64,000 bases of DNA from Setoptus koraiensis. Taxonomy: Eukaryota; Animalia; Arthropoda. The position numbers and the translations under genes were made by a program. Below are positions 35,015-46,899 of the stretch, one piece after another. The stretch is taken from positions 19,716,001 to 19,780,000 of the forward strand of contig CM106586.1 of assembly GCA_048013815.1 (NCBI GenBank), given 5' to 3'. Position 1 is the first letter of the stretch. The number at the start of each line of letters is the position of its first letter. Under the pieces are notes generated by a model. It made no database searches, was not told where the DNA came from, and worked only from the letters and a program-made list of their open reading frames with translations.

Positions 35015-35347
35015 AGTGATCGGGGGAGGTATATCCCCCCGAAATGAAACGGAGAGGTGGGAAGGTCTTCCTCCTGCCCCCCCAAAATGAAATCGGAAAG
35101 GTCATCCCCGTTCCAGTTTCAGCTAGTGTCGGAGAAAACACTTGTAGAACAAATCAATGCAAGTATTGATGAAATCTGATATCATCTGAGAGCCCTGGCC
35201 TGTGTCTTTGATTTATACTGGAAGGGATTGGGGACCCCCTGTTTTTTTCGGCAGGTAAAAATGCCTCCCCGGGAAGCGGGAGGCTCTCAGCTCCCGCTGC
35301 CCGTTTCGAAACGAGGAGAAAAACCTCCGAACCTCCCCCGATCACTA
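35014..35347. mobile_element. 334-bp MITE with perfect 17-bp terminal inverted repeats (TAGTGATCGGGGGAGGT), hAT-like termini
   Basis: TAGTGATCGGGGGAGGT at 35014-35030 and its exact reverse complement ACCTCCCCCGATCACTA at 35331-35347; internal direct repeats CCCCCC(G/A)AAATGAAA; no coding capacity. The two 8-bp flanks do not match each other. Confidence 0.8.
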
Positions 35348-35793
35348 GATTCGCGTGCGTTTTCAATCATCAAGCAACAGTCTCGATCGATGTGCAATTT
35401 ATCAATTGATGAAGAATCCAAAAGGCAGCCCTCTCCTACACTGTGGAAAATAAAATAAAAAAAAATCAAAATAAAATCCAGTTTAAACAGTGCAGCCAAA
35501 TCTTTTATCATGCAGCGTCAATACTGTGCGATGTGTGTACAAGCATTCATGCGATGAATGGCCGGAAGAGGCTCGAGTGACAACAGCGCCTATTTTAAAC
35601 GAAATGTTCACTTGTTTTTCGGCATATCGTCAATGTCGATGAGATATTCGAATCCGGTTAGAAACGCGTTTATGGTTATCTCGATAGATGTAGAGCGATA
35701 TGTCGGACAGCGAGGTTTAGACGACGCGTATAATCTATCAAAAAGCACGAGCAAAAAGCACGATCAAAAAGCCAACTGGCGCGAGCACAACCA

Positions 35794-37611
35794 TCATTGC
35801 AGCTTTATTCGGCCGATAAAGTTGTTCATAACGGACAATAGATACAGGTAACGGTGTGTAGTTGATGTTTTGGCGTCTGTTTCGTTGGGGCCATTTGAGT
35901 GAACTGTATTATTCGAAGCAAAACTGTTCTGCTCGACAGGTGACGACAAGCTGGTCGCGCCAAGCTTGATAGTGTCGGCTGTGGGCAGCAGTAGTTCTCG
36001 AAGTTCAGTGGTGGTTTTCCACACGGAGTTCTTCTTGGTCGATTGCAACGAGCGCAAAACATTTCCGTCCTTGTCAAATTGAATGGCGATACCGTGAGGA
36101 CACATGACGGTGCCCAACTGCCACACGTTCCGATGGACGTATCCGAAGTCGGCAATTGTGGCCGAACGCAAAACGCGCTGTCCCAAAAACTCTATTAAGC
36201 CAGCCGACATGGAGGTGATTTTGAGAATTAGTCGCGCCACAATTGGCTGCTCCAAGAGATAATTGATGACGGTAAATTTGCCCTCCTCCACCAGGGCACA
36301 ACCAGTGCCCACCCAATAGGTCTCGCGGTGCGGGTCGGCGCCCCGTTTTATATTGTCTGGCCAGCCGGGCGACCAGGCAAACAGTTCGGTGGTGCCCTCT
36401 TTTGGGCCGTCAACATAATGTTTCAGTATTCGTGCCGAGCCAAACTCGTTGATTAGAAGCGTCTGACGATCGTCCATTAGCTCGATGCCATTTGGAAATA
36501 TAATTTTGCGCCCGCTATCATCGACGAAATCACTTTTCGTGTCATTATTATCGAGTCCCTTCGGATATCGGACAGTCGTAATGTCGTTCAGAATTGTTAT
36601 TTGTTGACTGTGCGTGTCATAACGTAACAGCCTGCCGGTGGCCTCATGCTCCGACATGGAAAACACAAACTGTCTAAATGTCCACTTGGCGCTAGCGTCA
36701 GTGAGATAAATAATGTCGCCACCATTTTGGCCCCCGTGCCAATCAACCGCGAGATCGTCTACGAGAAGAATGCGCGAATTGTTTGTTTGTTTCAGCGATT
36801 TGTGCGACTGTCTGGCGTCTATCAACAGGGCAACTTGTCGCATTTGTTCAAACGCCATCGACTGGGCGCCTTTTTCGAGGGATAAACCGGCGGGCACCAT
36901 GGGCTTTTTCAGGTCCACACGTAACAGGCCCATCATTGGGTCCACCACGTACAAGTAACTCTCGTCGGGCGACAACCGCAAGCCTAGAGGGCGCGAACAG
37001 CGCGAATACAACACGCGCTCCGGCGAGTACCTCGCTTGTTCGCCATACAACTGCACGTCGTCGTGACAAAAACTGTTATAGTTGTTGTTGTTCGTTTCCG
37101 GTTGCGAGTCGATGTGATCGGCTCGATTGGCCCGATAAAGTGTCAAGTTGCTATTTAGACTGGCCACCGTTGTAATTGTGTCCCTATGTGTGTCAACGTA
37201 CACGATAAAGCCACCCTCTACGCCTGTGTAAAAGTTTCCGGACGCGTCAGGGGCCGACGCCTCCGGTCCGTTGAATTTGCCCCTGAACAATATTTCCGCT
37301 TTGTCGAGCTCGTCGTTGAGTGCCAAATTTTCAACAAACAATGGCTTTTTGATGAAATAAGGCGGCAATCTGGGCTCAACTTGAGGCAGAGGCACATAAT
37401 AAATCACTATGAGCAACAATGGGCTTGCCATCAAAAACCAGCTCAGCTTATTGATGGCACGAATGCGGTCGGGAATGTTCGATCTTGCCATGTTCACATA
37501 CAAATCAGGTTGTGCAGTGTGGGTGTTTTTCAGTTGAGTCCACTGGTGCTTTCGGTCACTTTTTTTGTCTTCATTGAGTGTTCCGTTGTTTCTCGTCACA
37601 TCGATCGCCAT
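35794..37611 (-). CDS. Strictosidine-synthase-like / adipocyte plasma membrane-associated protein (APMAP/hemomucin family), 605 aa, intronless
   Basis: ATG at 37611 (the track's TTG start follows a TGA). Type II anchor LSWFLMASPLLLIVIYYVPLP; GPEA...FYTG; CSRPLGLR; IYLTDASAKW...EATGRLLRYD; FPNGIEL; PGWPDNI. Confidence 0.92.
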   Translation of the reverse strand: MAIDVTRNNGTLNEDKKSDRKHQWTQLKNTHTAQPDLYVNMARSNIPDRIRAINKLSWFLMASPLLLIVIYYVPLPQVEPRLPPYFIKKPLFVENLALNDELDKAEILFRGKFNGPEASAPDASGNFYTGVEGGFIVYVDTHRDTITTVASLNSNLTLYRANRADHIDSQPETNNNNYNSFCHDDVQLYGEQARYSPERVLYSRCSRPLGLRLSPDESYLYVVDPMMGLLRVDLKKPMVPAGLSLEKGAQSMAFEQMRQVALLIDARQSHKSLKQTNNSRILLVDDLAVDWHGGQNGGDIIYLTDASAKWTFRQFVFSMSEHEATGRLLRYDTHSQQITILNDITTVRYPKGLDNNDTKSDFVDDSGRKIIFPNGIELMDDRQTLLINEFGSARILKHYVDGPKEGTTELFAWSPGWPDNIKRGADPHRETYWVGTGCALVEEGKFTVINYLLEQPIVARLILKITSMSAGLIEFLGQRVLRSATIADFGYVHRNVWQLGTVMCPHGIAIQFDKDGNVLRSLQSTKKNSVWKTTTELRELLLPTADTIKLGATSLSSPVEQNSFASNNTVHSNGPNETDAKTSTTHRYLYLLSVMNNFIGRIKLQ

Positions 37612-39737
37612 TGATATTACTCGTTCAACCAACAATCACGGTAGTCAAGGTAACCAGTTACAACTTCTTGCCGCCGGCATATCTCACATACATAATTTAT
37701 ACATGCTTATTTCGTGTAAACTACAATTGTTTTTGTCGATTGCCAGCATCTCGTCAGACTGTTGAGGAAAAACGTCGATCGCATTGGTGCCATGGTTACT
37801 CCATGTCTTTTTTTTTTCTTCTGTCTCTCATGAAAGTATTTTTGAAATCCGACACTCGCTATAAACTCGCTTTGGCAACCCTCAAACTCCGTCTAGAGCA
37901 TGGCTGGCAGCATTGCGTCTTGACTGTTTTTAGCGCTGATGCAAAATGAACAACAAAACTGACGTTCATCGATACTTATAAAAAGCTCTCCCCCCGCTCG
38001 TCCAAGGTAGGCCGGGTATTGTAAACGCCCCGTTGTTTTTCGTGTTGACCCGAACAATCGAGCCGGGTCCCAGCAGTCTCTGGACGATTCTTTGAGCTGT
38101 GCTGCAGTGCCATTCTGGTTGATTTCGGCCAACTGAGCTTGCTCGATGTATAACGCAACAGCTCTGGTGCTAATACAATCGACCATTATGGTGGATTGGC
38201 GTGCTTGTCCGCGGGCACCCGGACAATCCGCGATGCAAGGGCGATACTTGCATATAAGCGATATATCAACTCTTTTCTGACATGTCCACGGTCTTGCAAG
38301 CTATGTGCGGATTATCCGATTGTGTGACGTGGTTGGCTCGATCTCGGCGCCCTGTCAATTGTCGCTCTCTCTGTCTATCTCTATCTCTCTCGCGCTCACC
38401 ACAAGTCTTTGGCATCAGTGCAAATATTGATTCAACGAAACTTTTTACATGTGCAACATTGTTAGCATGGAAGCAATAAAAAAGTTACTTTCACCTGAGT
38501 CCTTCTCTTTGTTTGTCTGTCCGCCAACACACTTGTGTTTTCTGCTTGTCTATCGCTGACAGCTCACTGTTACGTGAACAACACATAAGAAGCTCTCCAG
38601 CTAGAGAGTAAAAGCTCTTATCGCGATATCCATTTTATACATGCATCATTTTCATAATGTACCCAATGACTTTGACATGACAAGCTACGTGTGATGGCTG
38701 ATTCAGAGCTAAAAGTATCAGCAGCAATGTCACATGTCGGTCTCACGAAAAATCATTTAGTGGTTATCTACCGTAGCACTTAGGCAAATTGGCCTTTTTG
38801 CTACTTTGAACTCGCTATTTACTAAATAGTATTTAGGCCAAAACTACCAGGATACGTCTTTTAGACCATATTTGTTTCATTGAGAACATCAGATTTCAAC
38901 CTTTTCTGTTTTAAAAACAAAAAAATAAAGTATTTTCTCATGAATCCCTCCATGACATAGTTCAACAAGATGTCGAATAAGAACGTCAATTCATGAATTT
39001 ACGGGAGTGAGGGATATTTTCTCACCACGGGCAGCTCCCATCTCAACCCCCGTCATAGACCTGGGCTGGTTTCCTCCCGTCAATTTTTCACCTGATCACT
39101 AATTTTGACTGGCAAGAACCGAAAAAACCGTAAAATCGTTTGCATCGCATAAAAACTGAATTTGAGTAGTTTCAAGCACCGAATCTGTTCTCCCTACTGA
39201 TCAGCGATCGAAACAATGCACAGCTCTTGGCATGTGATCGGTATTCATCGATGGGAGAGTTGTTCGTTGGTGATTTACTTTCCCTTTAACTTTAATTGCT
39301 GTGTGACAATTTTAATGGGTTCGCACAAGGTGGTGAATTGTGACAAAAACAAAGATGATTCGCTGGTATCCATCAGAAGTGTCTGTTTGTGAACTCGTAG
39401 TCCCGACACAAAGTCGCTAATTTTCTCTTGATGAAGCTTCAGTCATCTTGCCCAAATATTCTCCGGCTCTAAATTGTTTGTTTGTTCTAACATCTCATTG
39501 TTACGAATTTGAAATATGTGTGAATTTGTGCCACTTGCATCCGTCCAACCATCCAACTAAGACTAGGTTTTTAGCAGAGAATAAGCTACGGTATTAAAGT
39601 TATCCTAGCCTTATGTGAAAGTATTACCACCAGTAGCAAAACTTGCTAACTATTAATGCTGTTTTACAGCATAATCGGCAATTCATTGAGCGAAACTTGT
39701 GGTAGCCGGTCAAGAAAATCAACATAACATTGCTACG

Positions 39738-41359
39738 ATGAACGGGATTCTTTTGTTGGTCGGTATTTTAGCATCATTTATTGCTACATTTATAATCAAG
39801 AGGCATCTTCTTATCAAGAAATACGTACAAGGCAGTCACATCCCTTTCTTAAAGCCCAGAAGTTACATCGTGGGTAGTTATAGGGATTTAAATACATCCA
39901 AAGAATCTATTGCGAATAGAGTGGAGAAATATTTCAGATTAAAAGGAGACACTTATGGCGCATTCTTGGGAGAAATGCCCTATGTTTTCACAAAAGATCT
40001 TGACCTTTACTGCAAAATATGGGTCACAGACAGCCACAAGCATATTGACAGGCCGTTCGTTGGGGCCTACACAGGCTACAATGATGTGTCACTTTTGCAG
40101 GCCGAGGGTGATGTTTGGCGAAAAACACGTCGAGCAATCGGATCAACCATGACGTAAGTTAGCCGGCTTCAACATTTTTTTTAGCATGATCATGATCAAT
40201 TCCTTATAGTTATTGATAACACAAAATTTCCCACAGACTATCGAAACTGAAGCTGGCAAACGTAGAGAGGGACGTCGAATATTGTCTCAATAAACTGATG
40301 GCCAGTTTAGAGAGACGATCGATGCAAGTCACAAGTGATGATAAGGTTCAATCACAAGAAACAAAAAAGAGTTCCGTTACGGTAGAGTGTTCTAGCATGT
40401 TCAAGAAGTTTATTATGGATTTATTCATGAATGTAGCCTTTGATAGACCCGATCAGATTGATTATGATGCCGATGACAACGAAATTATCACCAGCGCTGT
40501 AAACATTATGAAGAAGAGCTACAGTCCGGCTGTCATGTTGACATTATTTATACCTCAGTTGGCGCCTTTTTTACGTATTGTAATTCGACTATTTAAACTG
40601 AATCGTTTTGTTCAGTATTTGTATGACATTGTCGATACCATAATCGCTAAGACTGAAGAGGATCCCAGATTAGGCCAGGCAAGAAGCGACAGAAGAGTGA
40701 TACATTCATTGTTGGATTTGTATAAGGGTGGTCGTCTCACCAAAGACGAGCTTCAATCTAACGTATTTTTTATGCTTATGGCCGGTTGGGACACAACAAG
40801 TGATTCATTGACTGCCTTGATGTGGCAGTTAGCTATGCATGCCGATGTTCAAGAAAAGTTGCGCAATGAAATAATGAAAGATGGCGTTGAATCTGATTAT
40901 CTTTCCTGGGTTATGAAGGAATCACTTCGGTTGAACCCGCCAGTTACAACTGCGCGCCTGATCAACGAAGACTTCCATTGGAAAGGATACAGGATGATGA
41001 AGGGCATGGTTCTCATTATGCCCACCTATTCATTGATGAGAGACAAAAGGATCTGGGGCAATGACGCCGATCAATTCAAGCCAGAACGCTTTGATTCAAA
41101 CAACAATACACAGCAGCATCCATATCAGTATGTTGCGTTCGGTTTGGGGCCGAGAAATTGCGTTGGATACCATCTGGCAATGATCGAAATGAAAATGACC
41201 ATTTGCAAAATATTGATGAATTACACAATTCAGGCCGCACCTAACACGCCAAAAAGCTTGATACTAAAAGAGGGCACAGGTTCGGTTTTCTTTATCAACA
41301 TATTAAAGGACAAAATGCCATTGGAGTTCGTGCCACTGCACATCACGAATGATGATTAA
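39738..41359 (+). CDS. Cytochrome P450 (CYP-A, CYP3-clan-like), 2 exons, 512 aa
   Basis: Exons 39738-40153 and 40237-41359 (AC|GTAAGT...ACAG|A). N-terminal TM anchor; WRKTR; MAGWDTTS; KESLR; PERF; FGLGPRNCVG heme motif. Confidence 0.95.
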
Positions 41360-41966
41360 TCAGTAGACGCAGCGGTCAGTTGAGTACCGATGAAGGAAAA
41401 GAAAACAATAATAAAATAGTATAACATGGAATTTAAACTAGTTCTGAAATACTCGATGCATCATTATCTGATCTAGCATTTATTTGTCTTGCATCTATCA
41501 ACCCAACTTTTCCGATGCCGCCGCAAGAGAGAATCTAATGTCCACCGGCTGACATGCATTCATTCTTTCTTCCAAAGAAAGAGTGTCAGAAAAATTTTTA
41601 CCGGCACTCTTTCTTCGGTGCCACTGATTTCCTCATAAATTGATGCAAAGAAAAACTTGTTGTGCTAGCCGAATTATCCACAACTTGTCGCCGGCAAGAG
41701 AAGTACCAATATCTGTTTCTACAGACACATAGATGATTTGTCTCATGCAATTACGCAGTAATTATCGAGATTGAATATATTCATCAACAAGGGCATTCAA
41801 CGAACAACGTACATTAAAACGCAAACCATTGAATTCTAGTGAGCATATACAAAGAAGAATAATGATGATAATATCTCATCACTTCATTGAATCCACAATG
41901 TTTCTCGAAATGTGTCGCGAAATTCTTCACCGCTCGAAGATAAGAAAATCTATATCCAAACTGCAC

Positions 41967-42491
41967 CTACCAGTGTGAATCCGCTATACTAGCGAACCAG
42001 TCGTCGTCGTCGTGTTCTTTCAGAGACTCTGGATCAGGTAGTGGCTCATAGTTAAGATCGGCGATCCAAGCGAAGTCATGATGGATTCTCCGATCATCTT
42101 CTTTAATCTTCTGCCTCAATTTTTCGATCTCGTCTTTATGAACCTCCTTGTCTTTAGATTCTAAAGAAAGTATTTTGCGATACATTTCTCTCTGTTCCAA
42201 TCTCAAATCTTGGATTGAATGTCGAGCTGCGTTCATTTCATCGTTCCATTGTTGATCTCTATCAAGATCGCTGTAGTCAATTTTCTCATTTGCTGGTCTA
42301 GTGTAAACAAAGTCATAGAGTAGTCTCTCATCGTCCCAAGGCTTCTTTCTAGAAATTTCGTGCTTGAGTTCCACCAAGCCCTTCTGGACAAGTTCGTCGA
42401 AGGTGTACGGTTCCCAATCTGCAAGAGCATTGACAAACTCTTGAATGAAAATCGCACCTAGTACCAATAATGCTAATGTGTATGCTGCCAT
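41967..42491 (-). CDS. Orphan secreted, highly charged helical protein, 174 aa, intronless
   Basis: Signal peptide MAAYTLALLVLGAIFIQEFVNA; D/E/K/R-rich body without Cys; no family recognised. Confidence 0.8.
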   Translation of the reverse strand: MAAYTLALLVLGAIFIQEFVNALADWEPYTFDELVQKGLVELKHEISRKKPWDDERLLYDFVYTRPANEKIDYSDLDRDQQWNDEMNAARHSIQDLRLEQREMYRKILSLESKDKEVHKDEIEKLRQKIKEDDRRIHHDFAWIADLNYEPLPDPESLKEHDDDDWFASIADSHW

Positions 42492-43115
42492 TTTATCGTT
42501 TTTAAGAGATTACTCATCAGCTCTTGAGGACTTTTAGAAACATTCACTTGTCACTGCAATTTCTGATATGATTTCGGTCATATTTCAGTTGTGATCAGCT
42601 ATGTGATTGGTAAAATACAAAACTGAAATGTAAAAACACGAGTCCGTTCGAACAGCTAAAATTAGAAACTCAAAATCTACTCTTGTGACATGTAACTCTA
42701 TTTAAGCTGTAATTTAGTCACCAAAAACCACACGCGACGAATTTGATGGAGAAGGTCTCTCAACGAATTATCGAATATTAGTCAAACTCTTCACTGTTTC
42801 TCACAATGTTAAAAGGTTCATTCATTATCAATTTAATTGTATGATTGTTCGATATGCTAATCAGAAATCAGTCTAGATTATGAGGGTGTTGAAAGTAACA
42901 GGTGTAAGGATGGGGTCTGTACACTGGTGGTCCCAAGTATACGAGCCAGATGATTTTCCTAGATGACATTTCTGCTCATAGGTATGAATATTTACGCTTG
43001 TGACCTTCCTACGATCTCATAAGCATCACTGATTATGGTTATTACGTGAAAATTTCATTCACCAGAGAGCAACTCTATTTCAATTCTTCGCTTAATATTT
43101 TTTATTGATATTTTT

Positions 43116-46026
43116 TTATCCGTCATTGCAATCTGAGAAGGCGTCTGACTCTGCATCAGTGTTAGTTTTACCATGTTGAGATGTTGCCTCAGAGGCCTGT
43201 TGGCGTGTTTTCCGATATAATTGAGCTTTGATTATATGCTCAATCGTGTTCCCGAGTGGATATTCAAAGATGACACACATTATCAGCGAGATAACAACAG
43301 AAATGGAGCCTGTTCCAAACATACTGGTGAGCATAGCCTTACCATTTGCCGCTTCAAATGCTTCACTGTTCGACACGATATCTATGATTGGATTATGAAA
43401 TAATAGAATTGACAAAGATGCGCGCGATATGGGCAAAAATATCCTGAGTGTGAACAGGGAAGAAAAACGATCATAACCAATGGCGCAAAAGAATAGGGCG
43501 ATTGCTGCAAAAGAACAAAAGGCATTCATGGACATGCTGTGGAATAGAGCCAAAACAAAGCGTTGCTTGGGTTCATTCCAGCTACCTTGATAATTTAAAT
43601 AGTGGCTGAATAGGTAATTGGGTAGAGTGCCGAAAGTGGCCATCGTGACGAGGAGAAGAATTGTAAATGAGTGCGCCTTGAAGGAGCTTACCAACCAATG
43701 GTTGAGTTTTCTCTTGAGGCTCTCATGACGTTCACCGGCTACTTCCCTCGCGAACCAAGCCGCAGTTGTGCTCTGTATTTTCGCCGAGGACCCACTGGTC
43801 GAAAATACCATCGTTTTCATTGACCATTGGTCGATCGTGAGCTTGCCTCTGTTGTAACGGTGTATGAGGTGCCCGACGATGAGGCCCATGAAATAAGGTG
43901 CGCATCTAGTGAAGGCCATTGTGTGATAGTAGTGCCAGACTTCAAACAATGTTTCAGTATAGGACAACCTGAACAAGTAAATGAGCTTGCCAAGTGGTGC
44001 CCACATCAGCGTCCAGATGCCATTGATTAGACCGAATAAAATGACGGCCAAGCATACTAGATATCCTAAATTTTGTCGTTTCGAAATAAGTATTAGGAAT
44101 GGCGCTGTAATGAGTGCCAACTGAAAATCTGTTGCCAGATACCAGGCGGCGCCGGCGCATTGCAAATTCATCTGCCGAAAATTATTCAGCAAAAACAAGG
44201 CCAACCACCAGGGCTCTTGGTGACAAATTTTAGCATGCGACACATTGGAAGTGCCATAGTCCCATAGAGGTCCGTGGCCTGCTGTTCTGTGGGTGGCCTT
44301 CAATGTCCAAATAACTAGCAACAGCATCGGCACTACTCGCAAATATCTGCCTGTGGTTATCGCAATCCAATTGATGGGATTCTGGACAAATCTGTCACCA
44401 TTCTTAAACAACAGCAACGATGTCAATAGTCCTGTGATGATGAGAAATGTGTTGAGCATAAATTGGGGAAGAATCCCGAGATACGAACTGCCGGTAAAAT
44501 TGAGAGTTTCTTTCAATTCGACGGATGTATAAGCTGACCTTATCATAAGCATGCCACAATGACCAAATACCACGAGCAGCATGGCTATTCCTTTGACTCC
44601 ATCCAAAAAGTCAATTCTACGATGTCTCTGTTGGCTCGATGAAACAATTGTTGCGCTGGCGTCTTCGGACTGATCGTCAACGAAAAACAATTTTCTGCAA
44701 TTGTTTATCACTGAAAATATGCCAATAATAGTGGGTACACGCTTGGCCTCTTCTGCCAATCGCAGCCTTTTTATTTCTCGATTTTGATTGAAGCGTCTTC
44801 GGAAATATTCAGCTTGCATTTTTTCTCTTAACAAACGTTCAGAAACTGTTGCGAATTGTTCCTGCGGACTATCATCATCGTTTTGGAGTTGCGCCGTGAT
44901 CAAATTCACCATTTGCGACTGTAGCTCTCCCTTCTTTTCTTCCTTTATTCTAGAGTTGTTGCATAAAATGAGATAGAAATGATACAAGCTACAAGTGCCA
45001 ACAATCAACAACCAAACAGTTATAAAAATCATGTATGAAATATATTCCGGATTGCTGCTTGCATCGAGCAATTTTGATTCTTTGTGCGGCAAACAATACA
45101 GCGAAGACATGTAAAGGCCCTTGTCGTGCCGAGGACCAAAGTTGTACAAAGCCAATTTTAATATTTTTTCTCTGTGATACTCGTAGCTAAACGAATCGCA
45201 AGTATCAGGAAGGCATAATCCAGTTTTGATGACCATGTTCCTCTCATAGAAACTACTATTCGGCCATTCTGGATAACGGAAGTGACCAAAACAATAGTGC
45301 ATGGGAACAGTTTCCATAAGTTAGCTGTCGTTGTTTGGCGCCGTCGTCGATTAATTTCTCGAGTAGATTGCTCGTATGATCATCTGACATATTTAGGTGT
45401 CCATCTTTTTGTTGAACGCTGCCGTCGGGTAAAATCAATAGCTTCGAGTTCATGCATTGCGCATAATTGCCCAACCAGATCAATTGGGATTCGTATGCGC
45501 TGACTTCCGGCCGACCAAACGAGTCTAATATACGCACCAAGTTAAGATTGGTCCCTCGCGATATATGTGAGGCTCCTGTTTCTGCCGATGATAACATATA
45601 CTGCAAGTGTTGGCCGCACAAACTTTGATTAACCCTCGGACTACTGGCGAGCTCTTTTTCTCTTAGCGAATCGTAGAAAGTCAATTGATTGTAACCTAAA
45701 CCTTGAATGTATAATACAAATTTGGCGTGTACAGTTTTCACCATGTAACTTGTTGCATTCGTAATATCTCGAAGCAAAACATTCTTTTCATCATTCCTCA
45801 ACCCAACAACCAAATGATCGTTTAATTCGTTCTGATAAAAGAAATCGTCTAAGTCCGATAACAAAACATCCGTTTCGGGTTCGCCATCCAGTGTAATGTT
45901 GAGAGCTATCGGGTTTACAAAAGGTCCGATATTCAGGTGAGCCTCGATGAGCAATAATTCTTGACAGATTGTCCAGACTGTCAAGATGGCGATTGACAGT
46001 GTTGAAAGGGCCAATGGGGATTTCAT
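43116..46026 (-). CDS. Nose-resistant-to-fluoxetine-6 (NRF-6)-like O-acyltransferase, split into two overlapping frames
   Basis: ORF 46026-45256: signal peptide, ILDSFGRP...WLGNYAQC. ORF 45317-43116: HYC...TGLCLPDTC completing the NRF domain, then an acyltransferase-3 domain (FLDGVKGIAM...VVFGHC, FLIITGLL, RYLRVVP, WYLATDFQL, FTRCAPYFMGLIVG). The two frames are offset by +1 around 45319-45258. Confidence 0.85.
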
Positions 46027-46899
46027 TTTGGCGAATTTTTCATTTGTTTAGTTACTTGCCATTCTGTTTATATCATTCAATATTGTCAATCAAAGAATTT
46101 ACAGCTGAATCAATTCCTGATTGTGTTCTGATTGCTCAAAAGTGAGATTCCCGCCAGACTGCGAGTAGATGTACGAGAGATAGGGAGAGAGAGAGGCTTG
46201 AAGACAAATTTGAAATTTCTGACACCTGCAAAATGAGGGAACAGTTTTCTATCAGGCGTTCGACATCTATGCCTAGTTTGGAGATTTTCTTTGGAAATCA
46301 GTAGAAAGAAACTCGCTGAGGTAGGCAACATAAATAACTTAGCATTCAAACGAACGGGCTGTCAAATAAATTTAGTGAACAGGTAAGCTGCTAGCTCTAG
46401 ACATATTTAGCGAGAAATTAGTTTCCAAAATGTTAAGAGTCGTCACTCAGTCAATATTAGTCCGTGACTAAGCGAAAAGATGATATACAGTCTCGGATAT
46501 TTTTTCCGCAATAGACAACAACATCCTGATTGAGCGCAATCTAACCAATAAAAATCTATTTTATCATTGGACACAAGTAAGTACATCTCAAACGAAACTA
46601 TCTGTTTGTGTCATGTTTTCCTGCAATTGCATGCGAACGCTACTTAACAACAGCGCTCTTCAATGAACTGTGAGTTACTGCTGACGCTAATTACTGAGAT
46701 ATTGTTGTCTTACCTTAAAAGAGTGCCTTGTTTCAGGGTCGGCGGTGGTATTTCGTTGTCCACATTTTCGGCTGATTCTTCACAAACTCCCCCCCCCCTA
46801 GAACATCGCTGGCCTGAGCTGGCATACCGAGCTGAAAGTAGTTGGGATGAAGACATGCAAAAATTGAGAATTAATTAATCAACTTCATTGATTGAAAAG

